Source: an uncultured Thermoanaerobaculia bacterium (lineage in GTDB: Bacteria; Acidobacteriota; Thermoanaerobaculia; Gp7-AA8). From it: a DNA stretch of 64,000 nucleotides. The translations under genes and the position numbers were made by a program. Location of the stretch: positions 10,650 through 74,649 of the forward strand of contig CAZLGP010000055.1 of NCBI GenBank assembly GCA_964558905.1, in the 5' to 3' direction. Below are positions 1-8,676 of the stretch, piece by piece (the stretch's first letter is position 1; each line of letters opens with the position of its first letter). The notes under the pieces are model-generated. The model was not told where the DNA came from, ran no database searches, and saw nothing but the letters and a program-made list of their open reading frames with translations.

Positions 1-812
1 CGCGCCGATACAAGCGAAAGTGCGATCCCGAGCAGCCGGTTGACGCCGTCGCCAAGGCTGCGGAGCGCAACGGGATGCACGTTTCCCGTCAGCTTCGCCA
101 TCGGTATACGATTTCGCCCCGTTTCTCCGATGAAGGAGATCCGTTCGATATCGGGTGAAATGATGCGCAGCGCCTGGATGACAGCGGGCTCGAGATCTGT
201 GAGCGTGATCAGATCCCACAGCTTCGATGCTGCTTCAGCGCTGAGTCCATATGGTGATACCAAGGCGTGTCGTGCCACCTCCGCGCGAGGTGAGGAAGAG
301 AAAACGCTCCACGCTCTCCAGTCGGTAACATCCATCGGCAAGAGGCGCGCGACACCCCGGTAAGTGCTGATCACAGCTGGTCGCCGAGGCCCGTCACTCG
401 TCTCCAGCGCGAGCGCGGGTACAACGACTCCGATGCTTTCGCCGAGCAAGCGAGCGGGAACGGCCGCGATACGAATCGAAAGTGTCCTTTGCTCGTCGCT
501 CAGCGGCCCGACACGGATCGCGACTCGCTCGCTCCACCCATCGTTGCGTCCATGAAAGAGTTGCTTGACCGCGTAGAACCGATCCTCCAGCTCCCTTCCG
601 CTCTCGATCCGCAGGTCATCGTGTGACTCGAGGATCGACAGAATGTCCTCGCCGGAGCCTCCGCTCGCGTAGAGGCCTACCGCCTCGAGCACCGATGACT
701 TCCCGCTGTTGTTCTTCCCTACGAGCAGGTTTACCCGCCCAAGACGCGGGATCTCCAGCCGCTTGAACACGCGGTAGTTCTCGATCAGGAGGCTCTCGAG
801 AAGCAGCGTCAT
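1..812 (-). CDS. AAA/ABC-type ATPase (OLD/AAA_21-like); 3' end runs off the window
   Basis: Hand translation of the minus strand from ATG at 812..810: MTLLLESLLIENYRVFKRLEIPRLGRVNLLVGKNNSGKSSVLEA with a Walker A GKNNSGKS motif. No stop before position 1. Absent from the ORF track because it is truncated. Confidence 0.55.
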   Translation of the reverse strand, partial: MTLLLESLLIENYRVFKRLEIPRLGRVNLLVGKNNSGKSSVLEAVGLYASGGSGEDILSILESHDDLRIESGRELEDRFYAVKQLFHGRNDGWSERVAIRVGPLSDEQRTLSIRIAAVPARLLGESIGVVVPALALETSDGPRRPAVISTYRGVARLLPMDVTDWRAWSVFSSSPRAEVARHALVSPYGLSAEAASKLWDLITLTDLEPAVIQALRIISPDIERISFIGETGRNRIPMAKLTGNVHPVALRSLGDGVNRLLGIALSLVSA

Positions 813-832
813 GCGCGCTAGTTTACTCGCGG

Positions 833-2488
833 TCAGTGTGTCTTGACCGCCCCTTCCCTTCTCCACCTCTGCGCGATCGGCATGTCCCGGCCGCTGCCGA
901 AGGCTTTGCTCGACACGCGGATGGTGGGTGCCGCCTGGACGCGTTTGAACTCGTTGGTGTCCACCATCTTCAGAACCCTAGCGACGAGCTCCCGATCGTA
1001 GCCGCGCTCGGCGATCGCGTCCACTTCCAGCCATTCCTCGATGTAGAGCTTCAGGATTCCGTCGAGGACGTCGTACGGAGGCAGCGTGTCCTGGTCGGTC
1101 TGATTCGGACGCAGCTCCGCGGAGGGCGGTTTGGTCAACGTCGATTCCGGGATGATCTCGCGCTCGCGATTGATCCAGCGCGAGACGCGGTAGACCATGG
1201 TCTTGTAGACGTCGCCGAGGAGGGCCAGGCCGCCAGCCATGTCGCCGTAGAGCGTGCAATAGCCGACCGCGAGCTCGGACTTGTTGCCGGTCGTGATGAC
1301 CAGTGCCCCGGTGCGGTTCGACCAGGCCATGAGCAGGTTGCCGCGGATCCGCGCCTGGACGTTCTCGTTGGTCGTGTCGAACTTCTTCTCGCCGAACAGC
1401 TCGTCGAGGGCGGTCTCGTAAGGGGCGTAGATCGACGCGATCGGAACGATGTGAAACGCGATGCCGAGGTTCTCCGCGAGTGCACGGGCGTCATCGATGG
1501 AATGCTGCGAGGAGAACTGCGACGGCATGGCGATGCCGGTCACGTGCTCCGGCCCCAGCGCCTCCGCCGCGATGGCTGCGGTGAGCGCGGAGTCGATGCC
1601 GCCGGAGAGACCGATCACGACGTCCTGGAATCCGCATTTGTCAATGTAATCGCGAAGTCCGAGGATCAGGCCCCGGCCGATCTCCGCTTCCCCCGTCAGC
1701 GAGAGCACCGACTCGCACGGACTTCCCTGCAGGTGCACGAGCGAGCCGTGCTCCTCGAACGCCGGCGCGCAGAAGATCGTCTGGCCCGACTTGTCGAAGA
1801 CGATCGATGAGCCGTCGAAGAGGAGCTCGTCGTTTCCTCCGACCTGATTGACGTAGACCAGCGGCACGTCGTAGCGGCGCGCGATGCCGGAGAAGATCTC
1901 CCACCGCGCACGTCGCTTGCCCGCGTTGAACGGCGATGCGGAGATGTTGAGCAGCAGCTCCGCGCCTTGGCGCACCAGGTCGTCGACCGGATTGCCGCAG
2001 TACATCTTCTTGCCGAAGACGTCGTCGTCGAACCAGAAGTCCTCGCAGATCGAGACGCCCACGCGGGTGCCGGCGATCTCGACGAGGTGCACCTCGCATC
2101 CAGGCTCGAAATAGCGCAGCTCGTCGAAGACGTCGTAGGTTGGCAGCAGCATCTTTTTCTGCTCGAGCAGCACCCGCCCGTTACGCGCCACGATGGCCGC
2201 GTTGTGCAGCGGCTTGCCGCACCAGTACGTCGTCCGGATGGGGCAGCCGAAGATCAGCGTCACGTCGCCGGTCATGGCCGCGAGCGAGTCGCGGATCTCC
2301 AGCGCGCATTCGATGAAATAAGGCCGGTCGAGCAGATCGCGAGGCGGATAGCCGGTCACCGCGAGCTCGGGGACCAGCACGACATCCGCGCCCGCCTGTA
2401 CGCCCTCGTCGTAGGCGCGGCGGATCAGCTCGGCGTTCGCGCCCAGCGCACCAACCGTGGAATTGATCTGGCCGATGTAGACCTTCAT
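833..2488 (-). CDS. nadE: glutamine-dependent NAD+ synthetase (N-terminal nitrilase/CN-hydrolase domain plus NAD synthase domain)
   Basis: 551 aa. N-terminal CN-hydrolase region followed by an SGGIDS P-loop and the NAD synthase fold. Confidence 0.9.
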   Translation of the reverse strand: MKVYIGQINSTVGALGANAELIRRAYDEGVQAGADVVLVPELAVTGYPPRDLLDRPYFIECALEIRDSLAAMTGDVTLIFGCPIRTTYWCGKPLHNAAIVARNGRVLLEQKKMLLPTYDVFDELRYFEPGCEVHLVEIAGTRVGVSICEDFWFDDDVFGKKMYCGNPVDDLVRQGAELLLNISASPFNAGKRRARWEIFSGIARRYDVPLVYVNQVGGNDELLFDGSSIVFDKSGQTIFCAPAFEEHGSLVHLQGSPCESVLSLTGEAEIGRGLILGLRDYIDKCGFQDVVIGLSGGIDSALTAAIAAEALGPEHVTGIAMPSQFSSQHSIDDARALAENLGIAFHIVPIASIYAPYETALDELFGEKKFDTTNENVQARIRGNLLMAWSNRTGALVITTGNKSELAVGYCTLYGDMAGGLALLGDVYKTMVYRVSRWINREREIIPESTLTKPPSAELRPNQTDQDTLPPYDVLDGILKLYIEEWLEVDAIAERGYDRELVARVLKMVDTNEFKRVQAAPTIRVSSKAFGSGRDMPIAQRWRREGAVKTH

Positions 2489-2499
2489 GGGCTCCCGTT

Positions 2500-2602
2500 T
2501 CCAACGGAGCTCAATAGGGTCAGACCCGGAAACTCTACTTGAGTCCCGCCCCGCACCCCTTAAGTAGAGTTTCCGGGTCTGACCCTACCTGACTCCGTTC
2601 AC
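2500..2602. repeat. MITE-like palindromic element (37-bp inverted arms around GGGTCAGACCCGGAAACTCTACT)
   Basis: Left arm 2503-2539 is the reverse complement of right arm 2563-2599. A half-copy of the right arm recurs at 29603-29640. Confidence 0.7.
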
Positions 2603-2696
2603 AGAAAGTTTTGTTAACCCCGACAAACCTTCGACCACTCGCCACGTCTCTAGGGTTCGAATACACCGTATCTCAAATCGGCGCGCGGGGGGATCC

Positions 2697-5264
2697 ATGA
2701 AGCACATCGCGACCGTCCTCTTTCTGATTTGCATTTCAGTGCCCGCTGTCCGCGCCCAGGAGGCAACGCCGCGGCCGACGTATCGGGCCGTGCGCGCCGC
2801 GCAGGCGCCGGTGATCGACGGCGATCTCTCCGATGCCGTCTGGCAGAGCGCACCCGAGGCCACCGGCTTCACGCAGCGCGATCCGAACGAGGGCCAGCCC
2901 GCCACGCAGCAGACGCGGATCAAAGTTGCGTACACCGACGAGGCGATCTACTTCGGCGCGGTGATGGAGGACGACGGCAAGGTCACGCCGCTCCTTGCCC
3001 GCCGCGACAGTGACCTCAACAACGGGGACTACATCCGCATCAGCATCGACTCGCAGCACGACCGTCTGAATGGCGCGGCGTTCGTCGTGAATGCCTCGAA
3101 CGTTCAGATGGACATGATTCTCTACAACGACATCTACGACGACATCAGCTGGGATGCGGTGTGGGACTCGGCGACGAAGATCACGGAGAAGGGCTGGGTC
3201 GCGGAGGTGCGGATTCCGCTGTCGCAGTTGCGGTTCCCGGACAGGCAGGTCCACACGTGGGGCCTCAACGTCAGCCGCTGGCAGGCACGCCTGCGGGAGA
3301 GCACGCGACTCGTGCACACTCCGAAGACGGAGTCGGGGTTCGTGTCGCGCTTCGCCGATCTCGAGGGCATCGAAGGGATCAAACCGAGGCGCGCGTTCGA
3401 GCTCATGCCGTACGGAGTCGCCCGCTCGGACCTCTACAGCCGCGCGAACAACCCGTTCATCCCTGCCTCCGAGCATCGCGTCGACGCGGGCGTCGACCTC
3501 AAGTACGGCCTCACGTCGACGCTCACGCTCACCGGCACGATCAACCCTGATTTCGGTCAGGTCGAGGTCGATCCCGCGGTCCTCAATCTCTCGCAGTTCG
3601 AGACCTCGTTCCCGGAGAAGCGCCCGTTCTTCACCGAGGGTGCGAGCGTCTTCCGCTTCGGCAATGGCCCCGCGAATTCGCGGTGGGGCTTCAACATGTG
3701 GTTTCCGACCTTCTTCTACTCGCGCCGCATCGGCCGTGCGCCGCAGGGCTTCATCGACGCGGACCACGTCGACACTCCCGGCGAGACGACGATCCTCGGC
3801 GCCGCGAAGATCACCGGCAAGGTCGGCAAGGGCTGGACGGTCGGCTTTCTCGACGCGCTCACGGACAAGGAAGAAGGATGGTGGCGGGTTGGCGATGACG
3901 TCGGGAAACAGACCGTCGAGCCGATGACGAACTACCTCGTCGCCCGAGCCACGAAGGAGTACGGGAAGGACTCGCGCGCGGGATTCATGTTCACGTCCGT
4001 GAACCGGAAGCTGAGTGACAACCTTGAGGGGTCTCTGCGCGAAAGCGCGTACTTTGGCGGAGTCGATGGCTATTCGCTCTTCAAGGACAAGGCCTGGATC
4101 CTCGAGTGGCTCGCTGGCGGCTCCCTCGTCCAGGGCTCGGAGGATGCGATTGCCTCGACCCAGCTGAGCGGCGCGCGCTACTTCCACCGTCCCGACGCCG
4201 ATCACCTCGAGTACGACCCGACGCGCACATCGCTCTCCGGCTGGATGGGGCGGGTCATGCTCGCCAAGCAGCAGGGGAAGTGGCGGCCCAACATCCAGGT
4301 CCAGATGCTCTCCCCCGGCCTCGAGATCAACGACCTCGGATTTCTCCCGCGCACCGACGCGGTCTCGACCCATGCCGTGCTGCACTACCTGAACACCGAT
4401 CAGACGAAGTACACGCGCGAGATCAGCGCGTGGGTCGGCAAGTATCAGAACTGGAACTTCGACAAGGACCTGACCGCGAATGGCGTGTCGTCGAACATCT
4501 ACGTGCAGCTCAAGAACTACTGGTCGGTCTACATGTGGGGCGGTGGCCAGGTCGACCGCATCGATGACCGCATCACCCGAGGCGGTCCGGCGATGTTGTA
4601 TCGCGGGCACCGCTACGTGGGCGGCGGCTTCGGCAGCGACTCGCGGAAGAAGTTCAGTGCCTCCATCGAGACCGAAAGCGTCGTCGACGGCTTCGACGGC
4701 ACGTTCCGGATGTATTGGACCTCGTTGACCTACCGGCCGACGCCGGCCATCCGCATCTCCCTGACCCCGTCGTTCCGGCGACTGCACGAAGTCGCCCAGT
4801 ATGTGACGCAGGTCGCCGATCCTTCCTACGAGGCGACCTATGGGAAGCGGTACATTTTTGCCACGCTCGATCAGCGGACCCTGGACATCGGTCTCCGGAC
4901 GGAGTGGACGATGAACGCGCGCCTTTCCGCGCAGCTCTACCTGCAGCCGTTCGTCGCCAGCGGCGATTACAGCGGCTTCAAGTACCTCACGCGTGCTCGT
5001 GACGACGAGTTCACGCCGATCGAGGGCGTCCGTGAGACGGAGGAGGCGGGCAATCCCGACTTCAACTTCCGCAGCGTGCGCGGGAGCGCGGTCGTGCGCT
5101 GGGAGTTCCGTCCCGGATCGGCGATGTATGTGGTGTGGAGCGAGAACCGAGCCGACGTCGCGCCGTACGGCGACTTCCGGGTCCGCCGCGACTTCGGCGC
5201 GCTGCCCGACGCGCCGTCACAGGACGTGTTCCTGGTGAAGTTCTCCTACTGGCTGCCGATCTAG
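2697..5264 (+). CDS. secreted ~850-aa protein, DUF5916 / CBM9-like hydrolase family (tentative)
   Basis: Signal peptide MKHIATVLFLICISVPAVRA. Size and N-terminal carbohydrate-binding-like region recalled from DUF5916 proteins. Family assignment is from memory only. Confidence 0.4.
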   Translation: MKHIATVLFLICISVPAVRAQEATPRPTYRAVRAAQAPVIDGDLSDAVWQSAPEATGFTQRDPNEGQPATQQTRIKVAYTDEAIYFGAVMEDDGKVTPLLARRDSDLNNGDYIRISIDSQHDRLNGAAFVVNASNVQMDMILYNDIYDDISWDAVWDSATKITEKGWVAEVRIPLSQLRFPDRQVHTWGLNVSRWQARLRESTRLVHTPKTESGFVSRFADLEGIEGIKPRRAFELMPYGVARSDLYSRANNPFIPASEHRVDAGVDLKYGLTSTLTLTGTINPDFGQVEVDPAVLNLSQFETSFPEKRPFFTEGASVFRFGNGPANSRWGFNMWFPTFFYSRRIGRAPQGFIDADHVDTPGETTILGAAKITGKVGKGWTVGFLDALTDKEEGWWRVGDDVGKQTVEPMTNYLVARATKEYGKDSRAGFMFTSVNRKLSDNLEGSLRESAYFGGVDGYSLFKDKAWILEWLAGGSLVQGSEDAIASTQLSGARYFHRPDADHLEYDPTRTSLSGWMGRVMLAKQQGKWRPNIQVQMLSPGLEINDLGFLPRTDAVSTHAVLHYLNTDQTKYTREISAWVGKYQNWNFDKDLTANGVSSNIYVQLKNYWSVYMWGGGQVDRIDDRITRGGPAMLYRGHRYVGGGFGSDSRKKFSASIETESVVDGFDGTFRMYWTSLTYRPTPAIRISLTPSFRRLHEVAQYVTQVADPSYEATYGKRYIFATLDQRTLDIGLRTEWTMNARLSAQLYLQPFVASGDYSGFKYLTRARDDEFTPIEGVRETEEAGNPDFNFRSVRGSAVVRWEFRPGSAMYVVWSENRADVAPYGDFRVRRDFGALPDAPSQDVFLVKFSYWLPI

Positions 5265-5392
5265 TTGACAGTTGGCAGTTGGCAGTCGGCAGTTGGCAGG
5301 AGCCCCCCGCCCAACTACCTGCCAACTACGGGGGCGGGAGGGTCTCCTGCCAACTGTCAACTGTCAACTGCCAACCGCCAACCTATAATCTC
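5265..5392. repeat. inverted repeat built from tandem CAGTTGGCAG-type units
   Basis: Left arm GTTGACAGTTGGCAGTTGGCAGTCGGCAGTTGGCAGG. Right arm CCTGCCAACTGTCAACTGTCAACTGCCAACCGCCAACC. GC-rich palindromic spacer between them. Confidence 0.75.
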
Positions 5393-5395
5393 CCC

Positions 5396-6082
5396 ATGAG
5401 CGACGACTTCGGCACTATCAGCGCCCGGCGCGGCGATCGTGCGAAAGAGATCGAGGTTCTGCGCAAGCATCGCGAATCGCTCGTGAAGATGCTCGAGGAC
5501 GTCGACGCGCAGCTCCGCGAGCTCGAGATTTTCGACACCCCCGGCGCAAGGCCGCTCGTGACGACGCCGGACTATGAAGAGCCGGGGGTGGCGCAGGCAG
5601 GCAGCGGTCTGCGCGTCCTTCTGATCATCGGCGCAGCCCTGCTCGCGCTGGTGCTCATCGCGTGGCTCATCTGGCGCGCGAGCTCCGATCGGCCTGCCGC
5701 GACGGGCACGGTTGCCGAGGAAACCGTCACGGACGCAACAACGCCCGCGACGATCACGGAAGCGCCTGAGATCGAGGCGCTCACCGTCACGCCTTCGTCG
5801 CGCGACTACGGGCTCGTTCGGAAGGGTACGCGCGTGACGCGGCAGTACGAGGTTGCGAACAACACCGAGGAGCCGATCTCCATCACTGTGGCCCGCTCAG
5901 CCTGCCGCTGCCTCTACTACGAGCACGCGCCGGTCATCCCACCGATGGCGAAGGACTCCGTGACGGTGACGGTCGACGGCGCGAAGGCGAAAGCGGGGAC
6001 GCTGCGCGAGTCAATCCGCGTGACGGCGAAATCCGACCCATCCGTTGGAACATCGTTCGACGTAATCGCAACCGTCCGGTGA
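5396..6082 (+). CDS. membrane-anchored protein with DUF1573-like C-terminal domain (tentative)
   Basis: Internal ATG at 5396 chosen because the upstream part of ORF 5135..6082 lies in the repeat and overlaps the previous gene. Coiled-coil N-terminus, one transmembrane helix, C-terminal SACRCLYYEHAPVIPP resembling the DUF1573 SCGCT motif. Confidence 0.4.
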   Translation: MSDDFGTISARRGDRAKEIEVLRKHRESLVKMLEDVDAQLRELEIFDTPGARPLVTTPDYEEPGVAQAGSGLRVLLIIGAALLALVLIAWLIWRASSDRPAATGTVAEETVTDATTPATITEAPEIEALTVTPSSRDYGLVRKGTRVTRQYEVANNTEEPISITVARSACRCLYYEHAPVIPPMAKDSVTVTVDGAKAKAGTLRESIRVTAKSDPSVGTSFDVIATVR

Positions 6083-6120
6083 CATTCGGCGGAACACGGT
6101 TACCGAACGGCCGTGTTCTA

Positions 6121-7404
6121 ATGCGCGCCGTGAAGCGACCCCTCGGGTTTTTACTCGTATTCCTCGTGTGCTCAACAGTTTCCGGGCAGGACGCACCGCT
6201 GACACTCGAGCGGGCGGTGACCCTAGCCCTGGAGCGGAACGAGCGCGCCGCGATCGCCGATACGACGGTCGAGGCCGCCGAGGCGCGCGTGAGCCGCGCC
6301 CGCACCGCGTTCTTCCCCCGCGTCGATATCCTCGGCAACTGGCGCACCGACTATCCGGATCCCACCGACCGCACCCTCTCGACCTCCGCCCTCCTCACCC
6401 AGCCGATCTTCGATGCGCGCGTGTTCCCGTTTTTCCGCCAGGCGCGCTATCAGCGCGACGCCGCTCGTTTCGGCGCCGACGAGAGCAAACGGCTCCTTGG
6501 ATTCGACGCGGCGGTGGTATTCCTCAACACGCTCAGCTTCGAGCAGGTCGAGCTTGCCGCCGGGCGCCGCCGCGATTTCGCGCAGAGGAACCTCGAAGAT
6601 GTCCGCGCACGTTTCGAGGCCGGACTCGTCAGCTCGAACGACGTGACCCGCGCGGAGCTCGAGCTCGCGACCGCCGTGCGTGGCGTCGCCGAGGCGGCGG
6701 GCAACGTCCAGGCGGCGCGCGTCGATCTCGAGAATCTTCTGAAGACCGACATCGACGGACCTCTTGCGCGCCCCACGGCTCTCCTCGAAGCGGCCGCCAC
6801 GCCACCGGCGACGGACGTCCCGACCGCCCAGCAGCGTCGTGGAGACATCGCCGCGGAGCGGGCGAGCGTCGAGGCATTGCGTGCGTTCGCCGACGAGCCG
6901 CGCGCGCGCTTCTTCCCTTCCGTCGGGCTGAGCGCCCAGACGCGCAACATCAACGACGGTCCGATCACCTCGCGCGAGCAGGACGGCTTCGTCGGCCTCA
7001 CGTTCGCGTGGCCGGTTCTCGACGCCGGCGTGCGCGGCGCGGAGCGGCGCGAGCGCGAGGCGCTCGTGCGCGGCGCCGAGCTGGAGCTCGAGGCGTCGCT
7101 CCGCGGCGTCGAGCGGGAGCTCGCCAGCGCCGCGGTGCGGTTGAGCACCGAACATGCTGCGCTTCGCGAAGCGACGGCGGCCGTCCGCGCCGCGCGCAAA
7201 AACGCGGAAGAGACGACGATCCTCTATCGCGAGGGCCTCGCGAGCGCACTCGAGCTCGCCGACGCAACGCAGCAACTCTTCGAGGCCGAAGTGGCGGAGG
7301 CGACGGCCACGTATCGCATGGCCCTCGCGTACCTGTCGTTACGCGAGGCAAGCGGTGATGGCCCCGCCGGCGTTGCAGGCGCCGCGGGCGCTGGTGAAAG
7401 GTAG
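6121..7404 (+). CDS. TolC-family outer membrane efflux protein
   Basis: Signal peptide MRAVKRPLGFLLVFLVCSTVSG. Two TolC-like repeats rich in Leu/Ala/Arg. First gene of a TolC-MFP-RND operon. Confidence 0.8.
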   Translation: MRAVKRPLGFLLVFLVCSTVSGQDAPLTLERAVTLALERNERAAIADTTVEAAEARVSRARTAFFPRVDILGNWRTDYPDPTDRTLSTSALLTQPIFDARVFPFFRQARYQRDAARFGADESKRLLGFDAAVVFLNTLSFEQVELAAGRRRDFAQRNLEDVRARFEAGLVSSNDVTRAELELATAVRGVAEAAGNVQAARVDLENLLKTDIDGPLARPTALLEAAATPPATDVPTAQQRRGDIAAERASVEALRAFADEPRARFFPSVGLSAQTRNINDGPITSREQDGFVGLTFAWPVLDAGVRGAERREREALVRGAELELEASLRGVERELASAAVRLSTEHAALREATAAVRAARKNAEETTILYREGLASALELADATQQLFEAEVAEATATYRMALAYLSLREASGDGPAGVAGAAGAGER

Positions 7405-7432
7405 AAGAGAAAAGGTGAAAGAGAAAAACATC

Positions 7433-8566
7433 ATGCGCAGCGCGAAGCGGTCCCCCGTCTCCACTTTTCTCTTTTCCCTTTTCTCTTTGACCTTCGTGTC
7501 GTTCGTGTCTCTGACCTTCGTGTCCTGCTCCAAGGGCGAAGCCGAGGCAAGGGGCGGCCCCGGCAGCCGGAAGAGCATGGAGTTCCCGGTCGAGGTGAAG
7601 CCGGTCGAGTCGCGGCGTGTCGAGTACACCGTGACCGCCGTCGGCTCTCTCGACGCGTTCGAGCGTGTCGCTGTCACGGCGCGGGTCGCGGGCGCCGTCG
7701 AGCGCGTCAACTTCCGCGAGGGCCAGCTGATCAATCCGGGGCAGGCGCTCGTGGAGATCGAGCCGGAGCGGTACCGCCTCGCCGTCGCCGCCGCCGAGGC
7801 CACGCTGGAGAAGGCGGGCGCGGCGCAGGGCGAGGCGCAGGCAGGCTACTCGCGGCGTCAGGCCGCGAGCGAGAAGAACCCGGGACTGATTCGCGGCGAA
7901 GAGATCGAGACCTGGCGGACGAGAGTCCAGAGCACCGCGGCCGAGGTGTCGCAGGCGCAGGCGGCGCTCGCGCAGGCAAAGCTCAATCTGCGCGACGCCT
8001 TCGTGCGCGCGCCGGTGGCGGGGATCATCCAGACCCGCACGGTCGAGACGGGGCAGTACGTTCCGGTCGGGACCGTGCTCGCGACGCTCATGCGCCGGGA
8101 TCCGCTGCTGCTGCGTTTCCAGGTTCCGGAGCAGGACGCGCTGCCGCTGCGCACGGGCATGATCGTCCGGTTCAACGTCGCCGAAGGGGAGACGCAGCAC
8201 GAGGCGCGCGTCACGCACGTTGCGGCCGCCGCCAGCCAGGCCTCGCGCATGGTCGATGTCACCGCGAACGTGCTCAACGCGAACCGTCCCGATCTGCGGC
8301 CCGGCGCCTTCGCCCGCGTCACCGTCCCGATCGCATCCTCGCGCGAGGCCCCGGTCATCCCGCAGACCGCCATCAGACCGAGTGAGAAAGGTTTCCTCGC
8401 CTACACAGTGGAAGGTGGCGTGGCGCGCCAGCGCATCCTTACATTGGGGATGCGCACGGCCGACGGACAGGTGGAAGTGAAACAGGGGCTCACGCCCGGG
8501 GAAACGCTCGTGATTCGCGGCGCGGAAGCGCTGCGGGATGGCGCGAAGGTGAAGGTCACGCAGTAG
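7433..8566 (+). CDS. efflux RND periplasmic adaptor (membrane fusion protein, HlyD family)
   Basis: ATG at 7433 preceded by AAAGGTGAAAGAG. Lipoprotein-like signal peptide ending VSCSKG. Coiled-coil and beta-barrel MFP regions. Signal-peptide DNA carries a short tandem repeat CTTTGACCTTCGTGTC. Confidence 0.85.
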   Translation: MRSAKRSPVSTFLFSLFSLTFVSFVSLTFVSCSKGEAEARGGPGSRKSMEFPVEVKPVESRRVEYTVTAVGSLDAFERVAVTARVAGAVERVNFREGQLINPGQALVEIEPERYRLAVAAAEATLEKAGAAQGEAQAGYSRRQAASEKNPGLIRGEEIETWRTRVQSTAAEVSQAQAALAQAKLNLRDAFVRAPVAGIIQTRTVETGQYVPVGTVLATLMRRDPLLLRFQVPEQDALPLRTGMIVRFNVAEGETQHEARVTHVAAAASQASRMVDVTANVLNANRPDLRPGAFARVTVPIASSREAPVIPQTAIRPSEKGFLAYTVEGGVARQRILTLGMRTADGQVEVKQGLTPGETLVIRGAEALRDGAKVKVTQ

Positions 8567-8570
8567 AACG

Positions 8571-8666
8571 GAGTCGTCTCAAAGTCTCAAAGTCTCAAAG
8601 TCTCAACGACCCCGCAACGAACCTCTTTGAGACTTTGCGACTTTGAGACTTTGAGACTCCGAGTCG
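8571..8666. repeat. inverted array of tandem AAAGTCTC octamers
   Basis: (GTCTCAAA)x3-4 followed by the inverted (TTTGAGAC)x3-4, between the MFP stop and the RND start. Confidence 0.8.
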
Positions 8667-8676
8667 AGGCAAGCCC

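Noticed and set aside
2736-4787. 683-aa ORF antisense to the DUF5916 gene
   Set aside because: Arg/Ala/Gly/Pro-rich low-complexity translation typical of the codon-aligned antisense frame of a high-GC gene. It sits entirely inside a better sense-strand gene.
5384-5389. TATAAT -10-like box just upstream of the DUF1573 start
   Set aside because: It is only 7 nt from the start codon, too close to serve as its promoter, and lies at the edge of the palindromic element.
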